Assembly: GCA_002104945.1 (NCBI GenBank)
Contig: MCFH01000142.1
Location: 1-27,040, forward strand
Source: Piromyces finnis finn
Taxonomy: Eukaryota > Fungi > Neocallimastigomycota
Reading direction: 5' to 3'
Length of the DNA stretch: 27,040 nucleotides
Part shown: positions 1-10,520 of the stretch, piece by piece
Layout of the letters: each line of letters opens with the position of its first letter
Position numbering within the stretch: the stretch's first letter is position 1
Notes under the pieces: generated by a model
Seen by the model: only the letters and a program-made list of their open reading frames with translations
Told to the model about the DNA's origin: nothing
The model's database searches: none
Program-made: the position numbers and the translations under genes

Positions 1-240
1 AGTAACTTTTTATAAATTTTTTATTTATTTAATAATAATATAAATGATATTATAAGTAACTATATAATTAAGATTATAACTATAATCTTTACAAAGAATT
101 AAAATCGAATTCAATTCATTCTCTTTTATATTCTTTGTTCAGATTATTAAATTGATATTAATAAGAATAAAGTATTACATATAATATATTAGTAATATAA
201 TTAAATAAGTAATAAGATTGTTTGTTTGTTTGTTTGTTTT

Positions 241-984
241 TGTCATGACATAAAATAAAATAAACATATGATTAATCATTTAAACAGTTGATCCTAATTA
301 GTAATTATAAAACTATTCAATTAATAATTCATCATTATTAATTGATATTACCATAACATATTTGTTATAACTAAATAATTATTATTTTCAAAATTATTTC
401 TAATAAAACTTGCCGTTAACCTATTTTATAATAATTAAGATTATTTAATTTATAGGTATTAACTGTTACACCTAAATGGGTCTAGTTCTATTTTAGTAAC
501 AATCGTTATCATTAATTAAATTAATATAACTAAAATTCCTATTGATATATTTTTAATTTCATCAAGTCATAAGAAATATTTATGATCCATACTTGATATC
601 ATATTGATTTTAATTTACCTAATAAAATCTTTAAATGATCATAACTTCCTTAAATGATCAGTTAGAAGGACCGCGATTGTACCAAATTGTAGCTTTCTTC
701 CTAAGCTTTCCAATAAACCTAGTTTCATCACCGTAGTACTTAAGCCGTAGCGATCGTTTTTGGCGAGTTACACCTTATTTCGTACTTGCTTATTTTTGGT
801 TAAGGGTTATAGTATATTGATATTAAATTTTTGAAATCATAACCCTTTCACTGAATCAAAATTTAAAAGGTGACTTTTAAAAGTGTTTTAAAATAATTAT
901 TGAAATTATTTAATTATAATTATTATGTTTAATTAATTATAGATATTATCTGAATTTGTTTTAAATCCAGTTAATATCTTCACA
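241..984 (-). repeat. 3' LTR of element A (minus copy)
   Basis: TCTTCACA at 977-984 follows PPT complement CGCCCTCCCT (986-995). Far end TGTCATGACA at 241-250 abuts a (TTTG)n run. The PPT-side end is well supported and the far end is tentative. Confidence 0.65.
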
Positions 985-1386
985 ACGCCCTCCCTAGGAA
1001 TTCGTATTCCAGACGAATTCTATGAACTGGAGCGAAAAGTAAAAATTTTTGATTTTTAAAAAAAATTTTTTCGAGAGGAAGTAATAATTTCAAAAGGTCA
1101 CTTGCCATTGTGAGAATTTTGAAATTTCACTTTTTGAAAAATTTTCTTGTAGGTAAAATTTTAATAATAAAATTGATACTGAGATTTTGAATATGAAAAT
1201 AAAAATAAAAAATAATAAAGTTTTAATATGATAATTGAAAAATATTCGGTGTAAAAATTTTTGAAATGTTGAAATTTCAAAATTTTGTGATGAGTTAAAT
1301 TTCGAAATTTAGTTGTTATAAAAATATTTTGTAAATGGTGTAAAAGTTATTTTAAGAGAATTATTGACTTATTAATATTATTTTAA

Positions 1387-4300
1387 TTAATTATATGCTA
1401 TAGAAGCATAATGTCGTCCACTTTTTAAATATTTTTGATAAATGTATTGATTACGTGGATTGTCTTCTACTTCACTTGCTGGTACCCAATTATAAGCGGA
1501 ACGGTATTTGTATCGAATTTTATATTCATATCGTTGTTGTTTATAATTTGTACGGAATCCAGATATTTCCACTATATCTTTTATTGATTCTGGATCCGCA
1601 GTTCTATTTAAAAATTCTTTTGGAGTTGATCTATAAGGTTCCAACTCAGATACATGAAATATTGGATAGTGTTTGGGAAAGGTGATTTTTTGATATCGAT
1701 TTCATAATTGTTATTTCTCAAAACTTGAGTTATTTTATATGGACCATATTTACAAGGAGCTAATTTGGAACTATTTTCAATATTTAGAGAAGGTGGGGCT
1801 TGAATCCAAACTAAATCATCAATTTTAAATTTTGGAGCTTCTAAACGACTTTTATCCACTCTTCTTTTATACAACTCTTTGGAGCGTAGTAACACTTCTT
1901 TTATGTGGTTGAATGCATCATTAACGTTTTGAACTAGTTTATGATTAATATTACATTGTGGTAATAGGGTCATTTCATCCATCGGAGGGTGGAAACCATA
2001 ATTAATGAAGAATGGTGTTTCTTTGGTTGATTCATTAACAGCGTTGTTATAGGCGAATTCTGCAAGTGGAAGCCAATCAACCCAGTCGTCATGATAGAAA
2101 GACTTGGAATAACATCTAAGATACTGTTCAATAAAAGAATTTGACCTCTCGACCTGTCCAACAGTTTCATGGTGGTCAGTAGTAGCTATTCTTGGATGAA
2201 TATATAATAAATCCAAAAATTCGAGCCAAACATCACTTGTAAATTGTGAGCCTCTATCAGTATATAGGTCATAAGGGAGACCATGTAAACGATATACATT
2301 GTTCAAAAAAGCTTTTGCAGTTTGTGCTGCGTTTGGAACTTGTTTAAACGGCACTAAGTGAATCATTTTAGAAAAGCGGTCAACCACTACCATAATTACG
2401 GTGTACCCTTTAGACTCAGGAAGGCCACAAAGAAAGTCAATTTCTATAGATTTCCATGGACGTTCTGGAGTATCTAAAGGTTGTAATTTTCCATATTTCC
2501 GATGTCTAGTTACTTTATTTCTTGTGCATGTCTCACAAGAATTAACAAATTTAGTGACATCATCCTTAATTTTAGGCCACCAAAAATTTCGAGTTATCAA
2601 TTCTAAAGTCCTTTTATACCAAGATGTCCAGCAGAGGGTTGTTCATGATATTTCATAAGAACATCTAAACGTAGTTTCTCAGGGATATAAACTAAGTTAT
2701 TATATAAAATAAGATTATTTTTTAATTCAAACTTGTTCATTTTCCTAAATGGTCTATAAGCCTTTTGGTCATTATGTGGGCTGAATATAGCATAATATCC
2801 TTAGCAGTTTCGTCGTCCTTTAAGTATTGAATAACTTGTTCCAAGAAGTTACTCATAATACCAATGAAACTTGGTATTAGTTTTACATTTTTTGAGTCTA
2901 AAATATATTCTGGCTTTTCTTCATAAGTCCTATCCATGTAGTCAGGTCTGCGAGATAGACAATCAGGTTTACCATTCTTACGACCTTGTCTGTATATAAG
3001 TTCAAAGTCGTATTCATGAAAGAAAAGGTGCCAACGATGTTGTCTTTGATTACCTACCTTTCCTCCAAGAGTATAAAGTAAATTTCTATGATCAGTGTAA
3101 ACTTTTATTTTATATTTAGCACCAAGAAGAAGGTGCCTCCAAGTAGAGAAAGAATCCTTAATGGCTAATAGTTCTTTATCTGTTATAGAATAATTAACTT
3201 CAGAACTACTTAGACTTCTGGAGTAGTAAGCAACAGGATGTAGACGATTTTCTGAATCATATTGAGAAAAGTATAGAACCGATAGCAACATTACTTGCAT
3301 CACATTCTAAAATATATTGTTTTTGAGGATCAGGATGTGATAAAATAGGTGCTGAAGTTAAACGCGTTTTTAAAATGTTAAATGAGGATTCACATTCTGT
3401 GGACCATTTGAACTTTGCATTCTTTTTTGTTAGGTTGTGGAGGGGTTTAGCCAAGTCTGCAAAATTCATTACAAAGCGTCTATAGTAGTTACAAAGACCT
3501 AAAAATCTTTGTACATCCTTAACTGTAGTAGGAATAGGCCAATTTTTGATTGACTCTATCTTTTTTGGGTCGGTAGCAATTCCTGAACCTGAAATAACAT
3601 ATCCTAAGAATTCAACTTGTGGTTTGTCAAATTCACATTTAGGAAGTTAGCATATAAATTATTTTCTAATAGTTTAGAAAGAACTTCACGTACATGTTGG
3701 TGGTGTTCTTCTAAGGTTTTTGAAAATATAAGAATATCATCCAAATAGAGAATAACAGATTTTTCCAAGAAAGGTCTGAGAACAGAATTTATAAATGCCT
3801 GAAAAGTAGCAGGAGCGTTACGTAAACCAAATGGCATCACTAAATATTCATAGTGACCAAACTTTGTGCGAAAAGCAGTTTTATATTCATCACCATTTCT
3901 TATTCTAACTAAATTATAAGCAGAGCGTAAGTCGAGCTTGGTGAAATACTTTGCACCTTTGACACGTTCTATAATGTCGGTAATAAGTGGTATTGGGTAG
4001 GAGTTACGTATCGTTACAGAATTGAGTTTTTTATAATCAATACAAACTCTAAGAGTACCATCTTTCTTTTTCTGAAATACCACTGGATATCCTGCAGGTG
4101 ATTCGGATGGTCTAATAAAGCCTTTTTCTAAATTTTCCTTGATATACTCTTCTAAAACTTTTGATTCTTCTTCTGATAAGGGATAGATGGGACCATAGTG
4201 AAGAGTAGCATCTTTTTCTAGTACTATTTTACAATCTGTAATTCTATGTGGTGGTAGTTTATCAGCTTCTTGTTTGCTGAAAACTTTTGCCAAATCTCGA

Positions 4301-4680
4301 TAGGGTTTTGGAATATCCTCAATAGTATGTTCTTCTAAATTGCTTACTTCTTCTGGTTTTTCGGACAAAAAGTATGAATTAAATAATTATAATTATATCT
4401 ATCATAATTATTTTTATTTAATATAACTTTTCTAAAAAATTTGGAACGTTTAGGGTTAAATTTGTGGAAATCGGACCATTTTTCTTCTTACTAAAGGTTT
4501 TAGATCTGAAATAAAAATTATGAATTTTATTTTTTAAATTATAAAAATTGGTGGAATAATTTTTATTTTTATTTTTTGTGTTATTTACACCTGTAGAAGT
4601 GGTAGGTGTAACATTATCATTTCTATTATAAGAAAGAATTGTTCTAATTTAAAAATTAGTAGCATGCTTCATATTGAATC
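1387..4680 (-). CDS. pol: Pol polyprotein fragment of element A (RT, RNase H, integrase, chromodomain), split by 1-bp indels
   Basis: ORFs 3604..4368 ([30 protein letters not shown]), 3257..3469 and 2737..3303 (RNase H), 1608..2600 (integrase D,D35E, GPY), 1387..1644 (chromodomain-like). Confidence 0.92.
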
Positions 4681-4819
4681 TTTTTAAAATCATTTAATGA
4701 ATAAAAAAAATAAAAATAAAAGGACATAAAAAAAAAAACTTCAAAAAAAAAAAATTTTTCAAAATAAAAAATTTAGTTAAAATATTTTCAACAATAAATT
4801 CCATTCATCAATTTCAAAG

Positions 4820-7800
4820 AAAAATTTTACTAGCGGATTATATCCGACAGATTTATTATTTGGAAATATATTCATGTCCAAATATGAAATTCATTATAAT
4901 TATAATAAAAATTATTTATATTCAAATTTAAAATATGATTTTAACAGAAAGAAATTCAATATGAAGCATGCTACTAAATTTTTAAAATTAGAACAATTCA
5001 TTTCTTATAATAGAAATGACATAAATGTTACACCTACCACTTCTACAGGTGTAAAATAACACAAAAAATAAAAATAAAAATTATTCCACCAATTTTTATA
5101 ATTTAAAAAATAAAATTCATAATTTTTATTTCAGATCTAAAACCTTTAGTAAGAAGAAAAATGGTCGATTCCACAAATTTAACCCTAAACGTTCCAAATT
5201 TTTTAGAAAAGTTATATTAAATAAAAATAATTATGATAGATATAATTATAATTATTTAATTCATACTTTTTTGTCCGAAAAACCAGAAGAAGTAAGCAAT
5301 TTAGAAGAACATACTATGAGGATATTCCAAAACCCTATCGAGATTTGGCAAAAGTTTTCAGCAAACAAGAAGCTGATAAACTACCACCACATAGAATTAC
5401 AGATTGTAAAATAGTACTAGAAAAAGATGCTACTCTTCACTATGGTCCATCTATCCCTTATCAGAAGAAGAATCAAAAGTTTTAGAAGAGTATATCAAGG
5501 AAAATTTAGAAAAAGGCTTTATTAGACCATCCGAATCACCTGCAGGATATCCAGTGGTATTTCAGAAAAAGAAAGATGGTACTCTTAGAGTTTGTATTGA
5601 TTATAAAAAAACTCAATTCTGTAACGATACGTAACTCCTACCCAATACCACTTATTACCGACATTATAGAACGTGTCAAAGGTGCAAAGTATTTCACCAA
5701 GCTCGACTTACGCTCTGCTTATAATTTAGTTAGAATAAGAAATGGTGATGAATATAAAACTGCTTTTCGCACAAAGTTTGGTCACTATGAATATTTAGTG
5801 ATGCCATTTGGTTTACGTAACGCTCCTGCTACTTTTCAGGCATTTATAAATTCTGTTCTCAGACCTTTCTTGGAAAAATCTGTTATTCTCTATTTGGATG
5901 ATATTCTTATATTTTCAAAAACCTTAGAAGAACACCACCAACATGTACGTGAAGTTCTTTCTAAACTATTAGAAAATAATTTATATGCTAAACTTCCTAA
6001 ATGTGAATTTGACAAACCACAAGTTGAATTCTTAGGATATGTTATTTCAGGTTCAGGAATTGCTACCGACCCAAAAAAGATAGAGTCAATCAAAAATTGG
6101 CCTATTCCTACTACAGTTAAGGATGTACAAAGATTTTTAGGTCTTTGTAACTACTATAGACGCTTTGTAATGAATTTTGCAGACTTGGCTAAACCCCTCC
6201 ACAACCTAACAAAAAAGAATGCAAAGTTCAAATGGTCCACAGAATGTGAATCCTCATTTAACATTTTAAAAACGCGTTTAACTTCAGCACCTATTTTATC
6301 ACATCCTGATCCTCAAAAACAATATATTTTAGAATGTGATGCAAGTAATGTTGCTATCGGTTCTATACTTTCTCAATATGATTCAGAAAAATCGTCTACA
6401 TCCTGTTGCTTACTACTCCAGAAGTCTAAGTAGTTCTGAAGTTAATTATTCTATAACAGATAAAGAACTATTAGCCATTAAGGATTCTTTCTCTACTTGG
6501 AGGCACCTTCTTCTTGGTGCTAAATATAAAATAAAAGTTTACACTGATCATAGAAATTTACTTTATACTCTTGGAGGAAAGGTAGGTAATCAAAGACAAC
6601 ATCGTTGGCACCTTTCTTTCATGAATACGACTTTGAACTTATATACAGACAAGGTCGTAAGAATGGTAAACCTGATGTCTATCTCGCAGACCTGACTACA
6701 TGGATAGGACTTATGAAGAAAAGCCAGAATATATTTTAGACTCAAAAAATGTAAAACTAATACCAAGTTTCATTGGTATTATGAGTAACTTCTTGGAACA
6801 AGTTATTCAATACTTAAAGGACGACGAAACTGCTAAGGATATTATGCTATATTTCAGCCCACATAATGACCAAAAGGCTTATAGACCATTTAGGAAAATG
6901 AACAAGTTTGAATTAAAAAATAATCTTATTTATATAATAACTTAGTTTATATCCCTGAGAAACTACGTTTAGATGTTCTTATGAAATATCATGAACAACC
7001 CTCTGCTGGACATCTTGGTATAAAAGGACTTTAGAATTGATAACTCGAAATTTTTGGTGGCCTAAAATTAAGGATGATGTCACTAAATTTGTTAATTCTT
7101 GTGAGACATGCACAAGAAATAAAGTAACTAGACATCGGAAATATGGAAAATTACAACCTTTAGATACTCCAGAACGTCCATGGAAATCTATAGAAATTGA
7201 CTTTCTTTGTGGCCTTCCTGAGTCTAAAGGGTACACCGTAATTATGGTAGTGGTTGACCGCTTTTCTAAAATGATTCACTTAGTGCCGTTTAAAACAAGT
7301 TCCAAACGCAGCACAAACTGCAAAAGCTTTTTTGAACAATGTATATCGTTTACATGGTCTCCCTTATGACCTATATACTGATAGAGGCTCACAATTTACA
7401 AGTGATGTTTGGCTCGAATTTTTGGATTTATTATATATTCATCCAAGAATAGCTACTACTGACCACCATGAAACTGTTGGACAGGTCGAGAGGTCAAATT
7501 CTTTTATTGAACAGTATCTTAGATGTTATTCCAAGTCTTTCTATCATGACGACTGGGTTGATTGGCTTCCACTTGCAGAATTCGCCTATAACAACGCTGT
7601 TAATGAATCAACCAAAGAAACACCATTCTTCATTAATTATGGTTTCCACCCTCCGATGGATGAAATGACCCTATTACCACAATGTAATATTAATCATAAA
7701 CTAGTTCAAAACGTTAATGATGCATTCAACCACATAAAAGAAGTGTTACTACGCTCCAAAGAGTTGTATAAAAGAAGAGTGGATAAAAGTCGTTTAGAAG

Positions 7801-8253
7801 CTCCAAAATTTAAAATTGATGATTTAGTTTGGATTCAAGCCCCACCTTCTCTAAATATTGAAAATAGTTCCAAATTAGCTCCTTGTAAATATGGTCCATA
7901 TAAAATAACTCAAGTTTTGAGAAATAACAATTATGAAATCGATATCAAAAAATCACCTTTTCCCAAACACTATCCAATATTTCATGTATCTGAGTTGGAA
8001 CCTTATAGATCAACTCCAAAAGAATTTTTAAATAGAACTGCGGATCCAGAATCAATAAAAGATATAGTGGAAATATCTGGATTCCGTACAAATTATAAAC
8101 AACAACGATATGAATATAAAATTCGATACAAATACCGTTCCGCTTATAATTGGGTACCAGCAAGTGAAGTAGAAGACAATCCACGTAATCCAATTACATT
8201 TATCAAAAATATTTAAAAAGTGGACGACATTATGCTTCTATAGCATATAATTA
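4820..8253 (+). CDS. pol: Pol polyprotein fragment of element A (PR C-terminus, Asn/Lys-rich linker, RT, RNase H, integrase with HHCC/DDE/GPY, chromodomain), split by 1-bp indels
   Basis: ORFs 4874..5059, 5576..6433, 6336..6695, 6700..6945, 7037..7369 and 7332..8216. HHCC motif [12 protein letters not shown]...CETC. Indels here are at different positions from those in the minus copy, so the two copies complement each other. Confidence 0.92.
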
Positions 8254-8644
8254 ATTAAAATATATTAATAAGTCAATAATTCTCTAAAAATAACTTTTAC
8301 AACCATTTACAAAATATTTTTATAACAACTAAATTTCGAAATTTAACTCATCACAAAATTTTGAAATTTCAACATTTCAAAAATTTTTACACCGAATATT
8401 TTTCAATTATCATATTAAAACTTTATTATTTTTTATTTTTATTTTCATATTCAAAATCTGCAGTATCAATTTTATTATTAAAATTTTACCTACAAGAAAA
8501 TTTTTCAAAAAGTGAAATTTCAAAAATTCTCACAATGGCCAAGTGACCTTTTGAAATTATTACTTCCTCTCGAAAAATTTTTTAAAATCAAAAATTTTTA
8601 CTTTTCGCTCCAGTTCATAGAATTCGTCTGGAATACGAATTCCT

Positions 8645-8655
8645 AGGGAGGGCGT
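8645..8655 (+). promoter_or_regulatory. Polypurine tract of element A
   Basis: AGGGAGGGCGT immediately before TGTGAAG at 8656. Mirrored at 985-995. Confidence 0.75.
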
Positions 8656-9395
8656 TGTGAAGATATTAACTGGATTTAAAACAAATTCAGATAATATCTA
8701 TAATTAATTAAACATAATAATTATAATTAAATAATTTCAATAATTATTTTAAAACACTTTTAAAAGTCCACCTTTTAAATTTTGATTCAGTGAAAGGGTT
8801 ATGATTTCAAAAATTTAATATCAATATACTATAACCCTTAACCAAAAATAAGCAAGTACGAAATAAGGTGTAACTCGCCAAAAACGATCGCTACGGGATA
8901 ATACTACGTGATGAAACTAGGTTATGGAAAGCTTAGGAGAAAGCTACAATTTGGTACAATCGGGTCCTTCTAACTGATCATTTAAGGAAGTTATGATCAT
9001 TTAAAGATTTTATTAGGTAAATTAAAAATCAATATGATATCAAGTATGGATCATAAATATTCTTATGACTTGATGAAATTAAAAATATATCAATAGGAAT
9101 TTTAGTTATATTAATTTAATTAATGATAACGATTGTTACTAAAAATAGAACTAGACCCATTTAGGTGTAACAGTTAATACCTATAAATTAAATAATCTTA
9201 ATTATTAAAAAATAGGTTAACGGCAAGTTTTATTAGAAATAATTTTGAAAATAATAATTATTTATTATAACAAATATGTTATGGTAATATCAATTAATAA
9301 TGATGAATTATTAATTGAATAGTTTTTATAATTACTAATTAGGATCAACTGTTTAAATGATTAATCATATGTTTATTTTATTTTATGTCATGACA
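8656..9395 (+). repeat. 3' LTR of element A (plus copy)
   Basis: Starts TGTGAAGA after the PPT. Proposed end TCATGACA is an imperfect terminal inverted repeat (6/8) and is followed by a (CAAA)n microsatellite. No 5' LTR is available to confirm the end. Confidence 0.65.
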
Positions 9396-9421
9396 AAACA
9401 AACAAACAAACAAACAAACAA
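9394..9421 (+). repeat. (CAAA)n microsatellite, mirrored as (TTTG)n at ~218-240
   Basis: Direct reading of the sequence. Confidence 0.9.
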
Positions 9422-9782
9422 TCTTATTACTTATTTAATTATATTACTAATATATTATATGTAATACTTTATTCTTATTAATATCAATTTAATAATCTGA
9501 ACAAAGAATATAAAAGAGAATGAATTGAATTCGATTTAATTCTTTGTAAAGATTATAGTTATAATCTTAATTATATAGTTACTTATAATATCATTTATAT
9601 TATTTATTAAATAAATAAAAAAATTTATAAAAGTTACTTTAAAGTAAATATAAATTTTTCATTTTTCATTTGGGAGTTTAAGGTGTTATTTTATAATTAA
9701 ATTTAATTTCTTAAAAAACATTTTTACTATATAATTAATAACATTCTGACCTGGCCGCATAACCAAACCCAAAAACTTAACA

Positions 9783-10509
9783 TTTAAATTAATAATATAA
9801 ACTATTATTAAAATGTGAAAATAAAGGTAAAATTAGAAACTTAACTTAATGAGTTTATTATAAGAAATTATAATAAACGAAACCAAATGTATCAGAATTA
9901 TTTTGTGTATTTAATAGTTTTTTTTTTAATATTTATTTTATTACTTATTATTTTGTATAAAGTTATTTATTATAATTAATCTTATAATAATAACTCTTGA
10001 TTTCTCAAATCGAACTCAAGAGTACTATTTATATGTTTTATTCTATTAAATTAAAATTTCTAAGAACATTCTAATCTTAACAAGAATCTTTTTAGGAAAA
10101 GACTAGAAGAAAAACCTAAAAAGTTATTTGATTGATATTCTAATCATACCAATCATCGTAATATTAAGTAAAACCGTTGATAACGGGTAAAACCTTAATA
10201 TCCGATTTCCTATTACATACTAATATATAGTTGTATAATATTATTAATGTAATTAGTATGTGTTTTATCTTTTATAATACAAGTATATATATAAATGAAT
10301 GTATAAATACATAATTAAATAAATTAATTAATCTAATATAGCGAATGAATAATTATTAACTAAATAAATATTTACAATATTTAACTTAACAAATAACTAT
10401 AATAATAAATAAATATATTAATATAATCTAATGGATTAATGATTATTAACTAAATAAATTATTTGTAATGTTTAATACTAAGAATAAATAATAAGTATTT
10501 ATTCTTACA
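9783..10509 (-). repeat. 3' LTR of element B (lacks the last ~43 bp of U5)
   Basis: Minus-strand start TGTAAGAAT at 10509. Matches 14739-15456 with only 1-bp indels seen. Confidence 0.92.
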
Positions 10510-10520
10510 TTGCTCCTTTT
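10510..10520 (-). promoter_or_regulatory. Polypurine tract of element B, overlapping the integrase stop codon
   Basis: Minus strand reads TAAAAGGAGCAA then TGTAAG. Confidence 0.75.

Larger units (their letters stand above)
1..4693. repeat. Left arm of ~4.7-kb inverted repeat (reverse complement of ~4935-9638)
   Basis: Window start AGTAACTTTTTATAAATTTTTTATTTATTTAAT is the reverse complement of 9601-9638. ORF translations mirror each other (2401..2658+ equals 6979..7236-; 1970..2170- matches 7468..7668+). Match continues to GCATGCTTCATATTGAAT..TAAAATCAT at ~4693. Confidence 0.97.
241..4693 (-). mobile_element. Ty3/Gypsy chromovirus-like LTR retrotransposon A, minus-strand copy (5'-truncated: linker-RT-RH-IN-chromodomain plus 3' LTR)
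   Basis: RT YLDD, RNase H CDAS/KELLAI/TDHRNL, integrase with GPY motif and a C-terminal chromodomain, then PPT and TG-start LTR. No gag or 5' LTR. Confidence 0.9.
4820..9395 (+). mobile_element. Ty3/Gypsy chromovirus-like LTR retrotransposon A, plus-strand copy (from protease C-terminus to 3' LTR)
   Basis: Same domains as the minus copy, plus a protease C-terminal motif [24 protein letters not shown] starting at 4850. Confidence 0.9.
4935..9638. repeat. Right arm of ~4.7-kb inverted repeat
   Basis: Reverse complement of 1-4693. Differences I found were 1-2 bp indels. Confidence 0.97.

Noticed and set aside
4694-4934. Sequencing adapter remnant at the fold point
   Set aside because: No recognisable SMRTbell-type (CTCTCTC/GGAGGAGG/CAACAAC) sequence is visible, so there is no direct proof of an artefact.
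9163-9172. Alternative end of LTR A at TGTAACA (9166-9172)
   Set aside because: It is a poorer inverted match to TGTGAAGA than TCATGACA at 9395 and has no clear flank change. Not fully excluded without a 5' LTR.
1-9638. Inverted arms as terminal inverted repeats of a DNA transposon, Maverick or linear plasmid
   Set aside because: The arms are retrotransposon pol plus LTR, and the 241-bp centre holds only a protease fragment with no transposase or polymerase.
9634-9647. 14-bp palindrome TTACTTTAAAGTAA at the outer edge of the right arm
   Set aside because: Short AT-rich palindromes are expected by chance, and the arm boundary here is set by the window start rather than shown to be a biological end.
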